Shown piece after piece: positions 46,941 through 55,767 of a stretch of 64,000 bases of DNA. Source of the stretch: Candidatus Multivorans sp. (GTDB lineage Bacteria > Acidobacteriota > Thermoanaerobaculia > Multivoradales > Multivoraceae). The position numbers and the translations under genes are program-made. The notes beneath the pieces were generated by a model. That model saw nothing but the letters and a program-made list of their open reading frames with translations, did no database searches and was not told the DNA's origin. Numbering within the stretch: the first letter of the stretch is position 1; every line of letters begins with the position of its first letter. The DNA lies in assembly GCA_965247095.1 (NCBI GenBank), contig OZ251997.1:4256001-4320000 (forward strand), read 5' to 3'.

Positions 46941-47666
46941 GTGGAGGAGACGATGACGACGAGGAATGCACCTGAAGAGAGCCGCGGCGCTCCCGGTACG
47001 CCGGAGGAGATCTGGGCGATTCTGCGGCACACTTCCGACCTGATGGCGGAGAGCGATGCCAGGATGGTCGAGGTCAGAGAGGGCATGAAGGAGACCGATC
47101 GGCTGCTGAAGGCACAGGCGAAGGAGACCGACCGGCTGCTGAAGGAACAGGCGAGGGAGGCTGACCGGCGGTTCAGGGAGACCGACCGCCAGATGCAGGA
47201 GACGGACCGGCGGCTCAAGAAGGCGGAAGGCCTGTTCACGTCCCAGTGGGGCAAGTTGATGGAGAGCTTGGTCGAGGGCGACCTCGTACCCCTGCTGAAG
47301 AAGCGGGGTATCGCGGTGGAAGGGACTTTGCAGAGATTCGAAGGGAGGCGGAACGGACAGCACTTCGAGATCGACATCCTCGCTTTGAACAGCACGGAAG
47401 TTGTCGTCGTCGAGGTCAAGACGACACTCAGGCCCGGAGACGTCACCCGCTTCGTGGAGAAGCTGTCGCGGTTCGCGGAGTGGTTCCCGGCGTACCGGGA
47501 ACATCGGATCTACGGCGCGGTGGCGTATCTCCAGAGCGACAGCTCGGTAACGAAGTACGCGGAGCGGCAAGGGCTGTTCGTCATCCGTGCCACCGGCAGC
47601 AGCGCCAGCATCGTCAACGAGGCGGACTTCGAACCCCGCGTCTTCTCGGGTTCGCTTCCCGCTTGA
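46941..47666 (+). CDS. Coiled-coil repeat + PD-(D/E)XK nuclease-like protein (DUF3782-like)
   Basis: ETDR repeats; WGKLMESLV, EIDILA...VVVVEVK. Confidence 0.78.
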   Translation: MEETMTTRNAPEESRGAPGTPEEIWAILRHTSDLMAESDARMVEVREGMKETDRLLKAQAKETDRLLKEQAREADRRFRETDRQMQETDRRLKKAEGLFTSQWGKLMESLVEGDLVPLLKKRGIAVEGTLQRFEGRRNGQHFEIDILALNSTEVVVVEVKTTLRPGDVTRFVEKLSRFAEWFPAYREHRIYGAVAYLQSDSSVTKYAERQGLFVIRATGSSASIVNEADFEPRVFSGSLPA

Positions 47667-47693
47667 TCTCACCGACCTTCCGGCCCAGCCTAG

Positions 47694-49637
47694 GCCGAAG
47701 TTCTGGTGCCCAAGTCGTGAAACTCCTGCAATGACGGTGTTTTTTTGGATATGGGTGTGTTGTCTACTGGGTACGGTTGGTCATGGTCGGTAGGTTGAGG
47801 AGGCTGAATGCCTCGGCCTGGAGGGGTGTCGGTCTGGCCAGGACATCCGCGGTGGCGTTCTCGTGGCCCTGCATTTGGACGCGATTTCGGGTCAGGGTGG
47901 CCAGGTCGGCGAGCAGGGTCTGGAAGCTGTGGACGGGTAGTCCTTGCGGTGTGCGCTTGGCGCTCGCCTTGGCGCGGGCTGCGGGGGACCGGCGAGCCGG
48001 CTGGACGGGCGAGGAGCGTTGGTCCCTTGGGTCGTCGTCGTCGAAGAGCAAGGGAGCGAGAAGGCGTCGCATGTGCCACTCGACGTAGTAGGCGAGCATG
48101 CACAGAAAGACGTGGGCTCGCACTCTGTCGGCCAGGCGATGGTGGACGGGCCGCACCTTGAGGTCGACGCTCTTGTAGCTGCGGAAGGCGCGCTCGACGC
48201 GGCTGAGGCTCTTGTAGGCCCGGACCGCCTCCGGCGCCGGGAGGTCGGCCTCGGCCACGTTGGTGCGGATGACGTAGAAGCCGTCGAGGGCGGCCTCTTC
48301 GGCGATCCGCGTCTGATTGCGGCAGTAGCGGAAGCCGTCTTCGTCGATCTCGGTGTCGAAGTGCTTGCCGACCTTGTGGGCGCGCAGGGCGCGGTCGGCG
48401 CGGGCGGCGATCTTGTCCTTGCCCCGCAGGGGGCGCTGTGGGCGCCTTGTCGCTTCGGCGACGGCCTCCAGCTTGCGCTCGGTGGCGTCGAGAAGCTCCT
48501 GGCGCTTGCGGCGCCGCCTGGTTGCCAGCAGCGGGTTCCGGCACACGATCAGCCGCTCTGCGGGGTACAGCTCGGGGGCGCTCAGTTCGGCCATGTCCCG
48601 TTCGTCGAAGATCGACAGTTGCAGGTGGCCCTGCTGCACCAGGGTGCGGATCGCGGGCGCGCGCAGGGCGGTGATCCACGACAGGCCGCCGGGTTCGAGG
48701 TCTTCGCGGATGCGGGCGCTGGTGAGCAGGCCCCGATCGCCGACCATGACCACGCGGTCGAGCGAGAAGCGCTCGTTGAGCTTCTGCACTTGGGCACTCA
48801 GCGTGCCGGGATCGGCGGTGTTGCCTTCGAAGACCTCGACCGCGACCGGGCATCCGTCCCGGTTGCAGAGCAGCGGGAAGACGATCTGGGGCTTGCCCGG
48901 CTTGCCGTCCTTGGAGTACCCGCGCCGGGCGAGGGCGCATTTCGCGCCCTCGAAGTAGACCGAGGTCACGTCGCACAAGACGAGGCAACCGTCATTGAGG
49001 TGCTGTTCGGCCAGCCGTCGCTCGATGCGTTGCTGCCGTTTGAGCAGCCAATCCATGGCGGAGTAGAGCTCGTCGGCGCCCGCCTCCTCGACTCCGAGTT
49101 CCTCGCCGAGGGTGTGGGACGAGGTCTCGCTTGAGAGTCCGCGTGCGGTGGCGAGCTTGGAGCGAGGTTCGAGGATGCGGGCGATGATCATGGCGAGCGC
49201 GAGCGCCCGTTCGCGCGAGGGTCGGCGGTCGAGGAGTGTCTCGAGGCCGCGTCGTCGCGCGGCGCCGAGCGTGGCGGCGACATGACCGTGGGGCCTGGAG
49301 CGCAGGATTTCGAAGGCGGAGTCGAGGGAGGGCAGTGCGACGCCGCCCTTGAGGAGAGTGCGCAGGCCCTCAACGAGATGATCGGGCCACTTGGAGAGGT
49401 TGGCGAGTGTCCGTTTGCAGACTCTTCCGTGCTCTCGGTAGGACTCGCGCAGGAGCACGGCGGGTGGCGAGTTGCGGTTGGGTACGCGTTCGATGTACAT
49501 GGCTTCTATTGTAGCTTCATCATATCTCCATGTCTACCGCACTTGACCATGCTACATGGGTACACTATGCGGCCAGGAAACCGCAAAACCCTAGGCGCGG
49601 CAACGATCCGCGACACTCAGGCCCCCAGAACTTCGGC
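47694..49637 (-). mobile_element. IS1634-family element, copy 1
   Basis: 13-bp IR GCCGAAGTTCTGG; CTAG duplicated on both flanks. Confidence 0.92.
47764..49500 (-). CDS. IS1634 transposase
   Basis: DVTSVYFEG, GDRG, YKSLSRVERAFR. Confidence 0.93.
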   Translation of the reverse strand: MYIERVPNRNSPPAVLLRESYREHGRVCKRTLANLSKWPDHLVEGLRTLLKGGVALPSLDSAFEILRSRPHGHVAATLGAARRRGLETLLDRRPSRERALALAMIIARILEPRSKLATARGLSSETSSHTLGEELGVEEAGADELYSAMDWLLKRQQRIERRLAEQHLNDGCLVLCDVTSVYFEGAKCALARRGYSKDGKPGKPQIVFPLLCNRDGCPVAVEVFEGNTADPGTLSAQVQKLNERFSLDRVVMVGDRGLLTSARIREDLEPGGLSWITALRAPAIRTLVQQGHLQLSIFDERDMAELSAPELYPAERLIVCRNPLLATRRRRKRQELLDATERKLEAVAEATRRPQRPLRGKDKIAARADRALRAHKVGKHFDTEIDEDGFRYCRNQTRIAEEAALDGFYVIRTNVAEADLPAPEAVRAYKSLSRVERAFRSYKSVDLKVRPVHHRLADRVRAHVFLCMLAYYVEWHMRRLLAPLLFDDDDPRDQRSSPVQPARRSPAARAKASAKRTPQGLPVHSFQTLLADLATLTRNRVQMQGHENATADVLARPTPLQAEAFSLLNLPTMTNRTQ

Positions 49638-50197
49638 CTAGGCGTGGCTGTGGCCTGCTGGCAGTCGTAGACCGACCGCTTCGCAGAACTCCCGCAGATC
49701 GCCTAGCTGGTTCTCCAGCACGTCCCGGACGATCGCCAGATTAGTCCTGGCGTACTCGTGAACGAGTATGTTCCGGAAGCCGACCATGTGCTGCAAACGG
49801 CGGGCGAGGTCTTCGTTGATCCAGCCGGCGGCGTGTAGCAGTCGTTGCGAGACTTGACCTCCCAGGCGATGCGCCTTCGTGGGGCGCGGTCGATGAGGAG
49901 TTGGCCGTCCCGGCGCACCCGGTGGGCGAGGTCGCACGGGGCTCGATTCAGGATGACGATCTGTACCGGTCGCCCTGTCTTTTTTTCGATGCGGGCGGCG
50001 AGGTCCAGGCGGAGGCTCTCCAGCGTGTCCGGAGGATCCGATTCGAGCAGGAGCGCGACATCGACATCGCTGTCGAGGCGCTGAGTGCCGCGGGCGACGG
50101 ACCCGTAGAGGTAGGCGGCAACGATGTCCGGCTCGGCGTGGAGCTCGGAGCGCAGCGTCGCGGCGATCGCCTCGGTCTCGAGTGTTGTGGTTGGCAT
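49638..50197 (-). pseudogene. MntA-HepT (DUF86) TA pair fused by an internal deletion
   Basis: MNT YLYGSVARG...SDVDVA runs directly into a HEPN C-terminal part (GFRNILVHEY) in another frame; HEPN N-terminus missing. Confidence 0.75.
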
Positions 50198-50237
50198 CGC
50201 GGTTGGTTCTTCAGAGCGGCCGGCTGAGAATACCGCC

Positions 50238-50894
50238 TCAGTCCGCGTCGGACAGCGAATCGACCTCCAGGACCTCACCGTTGCGCAGGACGAGGAAGCG
50301 GTCGGCGAACTCGGCCAGGGAACCTGCTTCGTGAGTCGCGAACAGGGCCAGACCGCCGGCCTCGCGCAGCGCTGCAAGCCACTGGTGGATGCGACCTCTC
50401 CAGTGCTCGTCCATGGCGTCGAGCGGTTCATCCAGGACCACTGTGCGCGGCATCCCGATCCAGGCGGCCGCCAGGAGAACTCGACGTCGTTGGCCTCGGG
50501 ACAACTCGCGCACGGAGAGGTCAGCTTCGGCCTCGAGCTCCGTTTCGATGAGGACTTCTTCGGCTCGCTCCACCCGCTGCGACCTCAGACGGCAGACGAG
50601 GCGGAGCACCTCGCGAATGGTTGCGAACGGGGTGATATCCGGTTCCTGGGGAACGAAGGCCAGGTCGGAGCGGGCTGCGACCTCTCGTCGCCACAGGTCG
50701 GAACCGTTCACGAGGATTCTTCCGGCGTCCGGTTTCTCCACCCCGGCCGCCAGTTTCAGCAACGTCGTCTTGCCCGATCCGTTCTCGCCGGAGAGCACGG
50801 TGACGCCACTTGTGACCTCCAGGTTCAGATCGCTGAAGATCTGCGACCGGTCGTCGTAGGCGAAGGCGACGCCTTCCATCCGCAGGCTCCGCAT
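50238..50894 (-). CDS. ABC transporter ATP-binding protein
   Basis: GENGSGKT, LSRGQ, VVLDEP, ATH. Confidence 0.9.
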   Translation of the reverse strand: MRSLRMEGVAFAYDDRSQIFSDLNLEVTSGVTVLSGENGSGKTTLLKLAAGVEKPDAGRILVNGSDLWRREVAARSDLAFVPQEPDITPFATIREVLRLVCRLRSQRVERAEEVLIETELEAEADLSVRELSRGQRRRVLLAAAWIGMPRTVVLDEPLDAMDEHWRGRIHQWLAALREAGGLALFATHEAGSLAEFADRFLVLRNGEVLEVDSLSDAD

Positions 50895-52168
50895 CACGGC
50901 TCCGCCTCGCGGGCGCCGTCGAATCGACGCTCCAGGTAGAGACCCACCTTGAGCGACTGTTCGCGTCTGGCGGAGGTTTCCAGGACGAGCGGCGAGGCAA
51001 GTCCGAGGACGAGCGCGGCCATGGGCTGGACGCTCGTGAGAAGCGCCGCCAGAAAGGCCTCGATGTACGTCCACGCTCCGAGTCGTGTGAGCCCATGTAG
51101 CGAGTTGCGCATGCGTCCCGGCAGGCGGACCGCCAGGAAGACGAGGAGCACGAAGACGGACAGGCCGCTTGAGAGACGCAGGTAGAGGATCGGGATCAGC
51201 AGCGGACTGGCGACCAGCAGCATCAGGACGGCATCCGCGACGACCCTCTGTCTCGCGGACCAGGGGAGGGAGCGGGACCAGGCCCAGGGCGGCCGGCGGG
51301 CGTTCAGCAGCGTCGCCATGGCAAGAACCGTCGCGGTGATGCCGAGCGACGTGCCCAGGCGCAACACGAGTTCGGACTGGTCGGGCGTGAACTCGTTGTT
51401 GTGAATCGCCAAGCCTGTCGGTGTCGCAAACACGGCGGCCGGTAGGTGAACCAGCGTGATCCACATCCCAAGCGCTCGCAAGGAGAGGATGAGTTGACCA
51501 ATTGGCAGGTGCCGGCCGAGACCGCGAAGAGAGATCGGCGCGGAGGGAACTCTTGCGATGCGAGTTGACCAGTCTCCGGCCTGCGCGTAGGCCAGTACGA
51601 GAAGGATAATTGCGGCCACCAGCCCCAGCGTAGAGGCGCTCGCCGCCAGCGGTACTGCTGCCGCACCGCAGGCGCGAACCCGCCGGGGTGCTGGCGTCCA
51701 CACGCTTGCGGCGGCCAGGGCTAGCAGGGGAAGACCAAGCAGGGCGCGGACCGAAGCTGGCTCGCCGAGCAACTTCGCGCCGGTCCAGAGCAGGATCCAT
51801 AGACCGGCAAGGTGGGGAAGCGTGGATGCGACGCCGAGAACACCGGCGGTCCAGCGCGTTCGCACGCCGACGGGCAGATGAAGGTGCCAACCGCGGTGTG
51901 CCGGCGCGAGACGCCGGGCCGCCACGGCAGCGGCAACGACGGCCCAGAGCGCGAAGCCGAGCCTGGACGCCGAGAACGCCTCGGGCGTCGCGATACCGGC
52001 CGCCAGACCCTTGAGCAGAAGCTCACGCGCCGCCGGTGGCTGGAACGCCACCAGAACCAGCAGAAGCACCAACTGAAATGTCGCCAGGCCAAGGGTAACC
52101 CGGATGGCGGAAGAGAGATGGAACCGGTAGCTGGCTCCCAATCCAGTCTTTGTCACCGACTGGCGCAC
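50894..52168 (-). CDS. Polytopic membrane protein, probable ABC exporter permease
   Basis: Many hydrophobic segments; TGATG coupling to the ATPase. Confidence 0.7.
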   Translation of the reverse strand: MRQSVTKTGLGASYRFHLSSAIRVTLGLATFQLVLLLVLVAFQPPAARELLLKGLAAGIATPEAFSASRLGFALWAVVAAAVAARRLAPAHRGWHLHLPVGVRTRWTAGVLGVASTLPHLAGLWILLWTGAKLLGEPASVRALLGLPLLALAAASVWTPAPRRVRACGAAAVPLAASASTLGLVAAIILLVLAYAQAGDWSTRIARVPSAPISLRGLGRHLPIGQLILSLRALGMWITLVHLPAAVFATPTGLAIHNNEFTPDQSELVLRLGTSLGITATVLAMATLLNARRPPWAWSRSLPWSARQRVVADAVLMLLVASPLLIPILYLRLSSGLSVFVLLVFLAVRLPGRMRNSLHGLTRLGAWTYIEAFLAALLTSVQPMAALVLGLASPLVLETSARREQSLKVGLYLERRFDGAREAEP

Positions 52169-52980
52169 CCACTTGCCTCGAACACCCCGGTGTTCTTGGC
52201 CAGACGCAAGCAGCCATTGCGTTCTATCTCCGAGGCCGCTGCGTCGCGCAACTCATCCAGTTTGTTGGGATTCGGCGCCATCGTGCCGATCGAGCGCACA
52301 TAAGCGATCAGGGGTTCGACCTCGGTAATCTCCAAGGCGTCCTCATAGCGGTGTATCACGACGGAGGCGAACACTCTCTTCAATTGGGCTCCGCCGGTCT
52401 CAAGGCTAAAGAGCTCAAGCGTGCTCTCCTCTGGGTGCTGATCCTCCTGATGCATCGCTTGCCGTACCCACCCGCCCAGGCCGATCCGGTCGGTGAGCCC
52501 ATTGGTCGCCGCGTACAGACTCCCGTCGGCTCTGAGCACCCGACGCAATTCGTCCAATGCCCGTGCTCGATCGGGGACGTGGTAGAGCATGTGGTTTGCT
52601 ATCACACCATCGAACCGATCGTTGTCGAAGGGCAGATCCTGGGCATCGGCTACGCGATAGGAAAACCGTACCTTGCCAAGGGTCTGGCGGGCGGCGTCGA
52701 GCATGCCAGGCGAAAGATCAGCCAGAGTGACCTCCCATCCAGACGGAATCCGCGCTCGATTGGCACGCCAGAGGTCTCCGGGTCCGCAGCCCAGGTCCAA
52801 CAGGCGGGCCTCTTCCCCGAAATCGAACCGATCGAAGACCCATGGCAACCAGCCTCGCGGATTGACGCTGAAGCGGGCGTGCAACTGAGCGCGATCTCGC
52901 AGATTGCCTGGGTCCCGGTATTGGTCCTCGACCAGGTATTTCCGGTCGGTCATTCTGTTCATGCTCTGCGCGTACCACAT
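52153..52980 (-). CDS. Class I SAM-dependent methyltransferase
   Basis: LLDLGCGPG, DLSPGM, ANHMLYHVPD. Confidence 0.9.
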   Translation of the reverse strand: MWYAQSMNRMTDRKYLVEDQYRDPGNLRDRAQLHARFSVNPRGWLPWVFDRFDFGEEARLLDLGCGPGDLWRANRARIPSGWEVTLADLSPGMLDAARQTLGKVRFSYRVADAQDLPFDNDRFDGVIANHMLYHVPDRARALDELRRVLRADGSLYAATNGLTDRIGLGGWVRQAMHQEDQHPEESTLELFSLETGGAQLKRVFASVVIHRYEDALEITEVEPLIAYVRSIGTMAPNPNKLDELRDAAASEIERNGCLRLAKNTGVFEASGCASR

Positions 52981-53882
52981 GCCTGGTCACGGGTCGCTTC
53001 TCGCCGCCAGAACGGCCGGATGAAGCGGCCCTGAAGCCGCGCCCGCCTCAGGAAGACAACGCTCACCAGCAGGCACACGGCAATGGCGAACACGGAACCC
53101 TCTACGCCGAGAGCGCCGCCGGAGAGGAAGTCGGGTCCGCTCAGCCGGGATTGGAGAACGCTTTGCACCTGGATGCCGGAGAGATTCGGGCCGAACACGC
53201 CCGCCACCATGAAGTTCCATCCGAAGTGGACGCCGATCGCGAGCCATAGTCGCCGGGTCAGGACGTAGGCGGCACCGAGCAGCACGCCCGCTTCGATACC
53301 GATCGCCGCGGCGCCGTACAAGGTCGCGTTCGGATTGCTCAGGTGTACGAGACCAAAGAGCGCTGCCGAGATGGTGAGGGCCAGCCATGTTCCGAGCCCC
53401 TCTTCGAGAATCCGGAACACCACTCCGCGGAAGACCACCTCCTCGAGATAGCCGGACACGGCGGCGATGGCGAACGCGGTCAACAGGGCGGTCCAGGCAC
53501 CGACTCCTTGCACCTGGTAGAAGCCAAGCGCCGCGATGAGCGCCACGGTTAACGTCAAGCAAGCGGCGCCGACCAGAGTTCCCGCGCTGGTTTCACGCAG
53601 TGCCCCGCTTAGGGAGAGTTCAGCGGCAGACCGTCGCTCCAGGAGACGGGTCATTCCACGGTAGGCGAAGTGAACGGCGAGGATGGGAAAGACCACTCCG
53701 ACCGCGACGCGCAGCCAGGAGATTTCCAACCACAGGCTGAGCCCGGCGGCCGCCAGACCCTGGAGCACGACGGCCGCGGCGATACCAGCGCCAAAGAGGA
53801 CGATCCGGGTCAGCGGGAATCGGAGAACCGGAACTCCCCATCGCTTCCACCGCTTCTGAGCGGGCGCCGCCGTCTCGTCCAT
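52959..53882 (-). CDS. CPBP (CAAX/Abi) intramembrane metalloprotease
   Basis: EEVVFRG, FGLVH, HFGWN. Confidence 0.9.
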   Translation of the reverse strand: MDETAAPAQKRWKRWGVPVLRFPLTRIVLFGAGIAAAVVLQGLAAAGLSLWLEISWLRVAVGVVFPILAVHFAYRGMTRLLERRSAAELSLSGALRETSAGTLVGAACLTLTVALIAALGFYQVQGVGAWTALLTAFAIAAVSGYLEEVVFRGVVFRILEEGLGTWLALTISAALFGLVHLSNPNATLYGAAAIGIEAGVLLGAAYVLTRRLWLAIGVHFGWNFMVAGVFGPNLSGIQVQSVLQSRLSGPDFLSGGALGVEGSVFAIAVCLLVSVVFLRRARLQGRFIRPFWRREATRDQACGTRRA

Positions 53883-53974
53883 GTCGCGATCTCCGGGAGG
53901 AAGGAGCCTCCTTTTCTACGCGCCTCCCACGCTATCGCGCTAGCGGAGCGAGCCTGGTTCCGCGCCGTTGGCCC

Positions 53975-55408
53975 CTACGCGGCGTGCGATGTGTTTCGTT
54001 CCCGGGCGACCGCTGCTTCGAGGTGCGGTGGCGGCCGCCACAGGCATTCCATGACGTAAGGCAGGTCCATCGGTGTGCCGTCCCAAGCGGGCATGGATTC
54101 TCTGCCGGTGATCATGATGCCGGCGTCCTCCAAGTGGCGGATCAGCTCATGGGCAGGGTACGAGCCGACTGGCGGCGGCGCGGGGCTGCGCTCCAGCGGC
54201 CGACCACGTCTGTCGAGGAACTGGACGGCGCGTTCGTTGTTCATCTTCACGCTGAAGCCGCCTTCGTAGAGCAGGCGGTGGTGCCGCCGGCAGAGGAGCA
54301 CGAGGTTCGAGAGCTTTGTTTCGCCGCCGTCAGCCCAGTGGACGATGTGGTGAGCGTCGCAGTGCTTCGACGTGCAGCCGGGGAAGCGACAACCCTGGTC
54401 GCGGAACTCCAGGGCCCGCCGGATCGGCGGCGGGATCGTGCGGGTCTTGCGGCCAACGCTCAGGATCTGGCCGTTCCGGTGGGCCATCGAGACTCTGCCG
54501 GCGTCGCGGGCGATCCTCCGGGCTGTTTCCGCGGAAACCGGGATAAGGGAGCTCCCGAGCCAGGCGCCGTTGACCGATCCTGGCAACGCGGGCGTCTCGC
54601 CCCCATCCGTTGGCGTTCCCGCGGGAACGCCTGCCCTGGACGTTCCCGCGGGAACGTGAGTCCGGTTGTCAGCCGTCGCGCTCTGCTGCGCCCTCGGCTC
54701 TTCCCCGTTGACATGAACCACGACCTGGTAGCGGTCGCCGCTCGACCCCGGATCGAGCCCGCCCTTGAGCGCGCTCTCGGCAACGAGCGCAAGAGCGTCG
54801 GCGCGCACTTTGCCGACTGGCGGTTTGTCCTCCTGCTGCTCTGCGTAGAGCTTGTCGCTCGCCGCATCGAGTGCCTTCATCAGGACTTCGCCCGCCTCCG
54901 GCGCCAGACAACCGCGGATCACGAACATGCCGTTCTCGTCGATGTGGGTCGTCACATGGCTGGAAGCGTCGCGCAACTCGTCGTCGTGGGCCTCGACCGT
55001 GCGGTCGATCCTTCGCCAGCTTCTCACCATTCGTTCGATCTGGGCCGCGGTCCCGGTCTTGCCCAAGTCCACCAGCGACTGCTCGGTGTCCGGCGCGGCG
55101 ATACGGGTGAGCGCCCTCACCTTGGAGTAGGAGAGTTCGCCCTTGCTCATTGCCTCACTCAACAAGGGCAGGTCACCCAGGGCTCGGGCGACTCGCACCC
55201 GCTCACGGGCCGCGCCGGGCGCTAGCCCGATTCGCCAGGTGAGCCAGTGGGCGCAAGTGAGGAAGCCGCAGCTCCAGCCTTCCTCTTCATCGAACTTGCG
55301 GATCAGGACGAGCAGCTCATAGGTCGCCGCGTCAATGCGCGCAGCGAGCGTGGCGATCTCTTCGCCCATGCGCTCCTTGCTGCTCATGCCGGTTTGTTTG
55401 TCAATCAT
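53975..55408 (-). CDS. DUF222 + HNH endonuclease (13E12-repeat-like)
   Basis: CAHWL...ARERVRVARAL, RDQGCRFPGC...DAHHIVHWADGGET.LSNLVLLCRRHH. Confidence 0.88.
   Translation of the reverse strand: MIDKQTGMSSKERMGEEIATLAARIDAATYELLVLIRKFDEEEGWSCGFLTCAHWLTWRIGLAPGAARERVRVARALGDLPLLSEAMSKGELSYSKVRALTRIAAPDTEQSLVDLGKTGTAAQIERMVRSWRRIDRTVEAHDDELRDASSHVTTHIDENGMFVIRGCLAPEAGEVLMKALDAASDKLYAEQQEDKPPVGKVRADALALVAESALKGGLDPGSSGDRYQVVVHVNGEEPRAQQSATADNRTHVPAGTSRAGVPAGTPTDGGETPALPGSVNGAWLGSSLIPVSAETARRIARDAGRVSMAHRNGQILSVGRKTRTIPPPIRRALEFRDQGCRFPGCTSKHCDAHHIVHWADGGETKLSNLVLLCRRHHRLLYEGGFSVKMNNERAVQFLDRRGRPLERSPAPPPVGSYPAHELIRHLEDAGIMITGRESMPAWDGTPMDLPYVMECLWRPPPHLEAAVARERNTSHAA
54525..54657. repeat. Three perfect palindromes and one REP-like unit inside DUF222-HNH
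   Basis: GTTTCCGCGGAAAC (54525-54538), GGCGTTCCCGCGGGAACGCC (54612-54631), ACGTTCCCGCGGGAACGT (54640-54657), REP 54579-54608. Confidence 0.8.
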
Positions 55409-55502
55409 TTGGTTGCCACCCTGTGGTGGGACCCGACGGTCCGGATTGGCACGTATCGGAGGCCCTGAAACCGGCCGTTCGGGGCCTCCGCCGAGGCCAA
55501 GG

Positions 55503-55531
55503 AATATAGCATGAGTTCTTGAGGAACACAA
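55503..55531 (-). promoter_or_regulatory. Putative sigma70 promoter of DUF222-HNH
   Basis: TTGTGT-17 nt-TATATT with extended -10 TG. Confidence 0.55.
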
Positions 55532-55767
55532 GCAATTGAGGTCGATGCAGATGCCCGGTTGGCGTCCTCCTGGGCTCCGCTCAATCGGAACCGGTGAACC
55601 GCGGACTCGCGACGGGGATGGCGTCCGGGCTGGGCCGGTTGGCGTCCTGGCCGACCCGGCGGCGAGCTTGCTTCTGGCGGGCAAAGCCCTAGACTCCAGG
55701 CTCTCGTTCTCGCCTACGCGGCGACGTTTCGGTCGCCCCCCGCCTTCAATGCTCGATTGAGACGACC

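Noticed and set aside
47088-47220. Tandem repeats as a possible CRISPR or non-coding array
   Set aside because: Unit lengths are multiples of 3 with no spacers, and they encode a coiled coil
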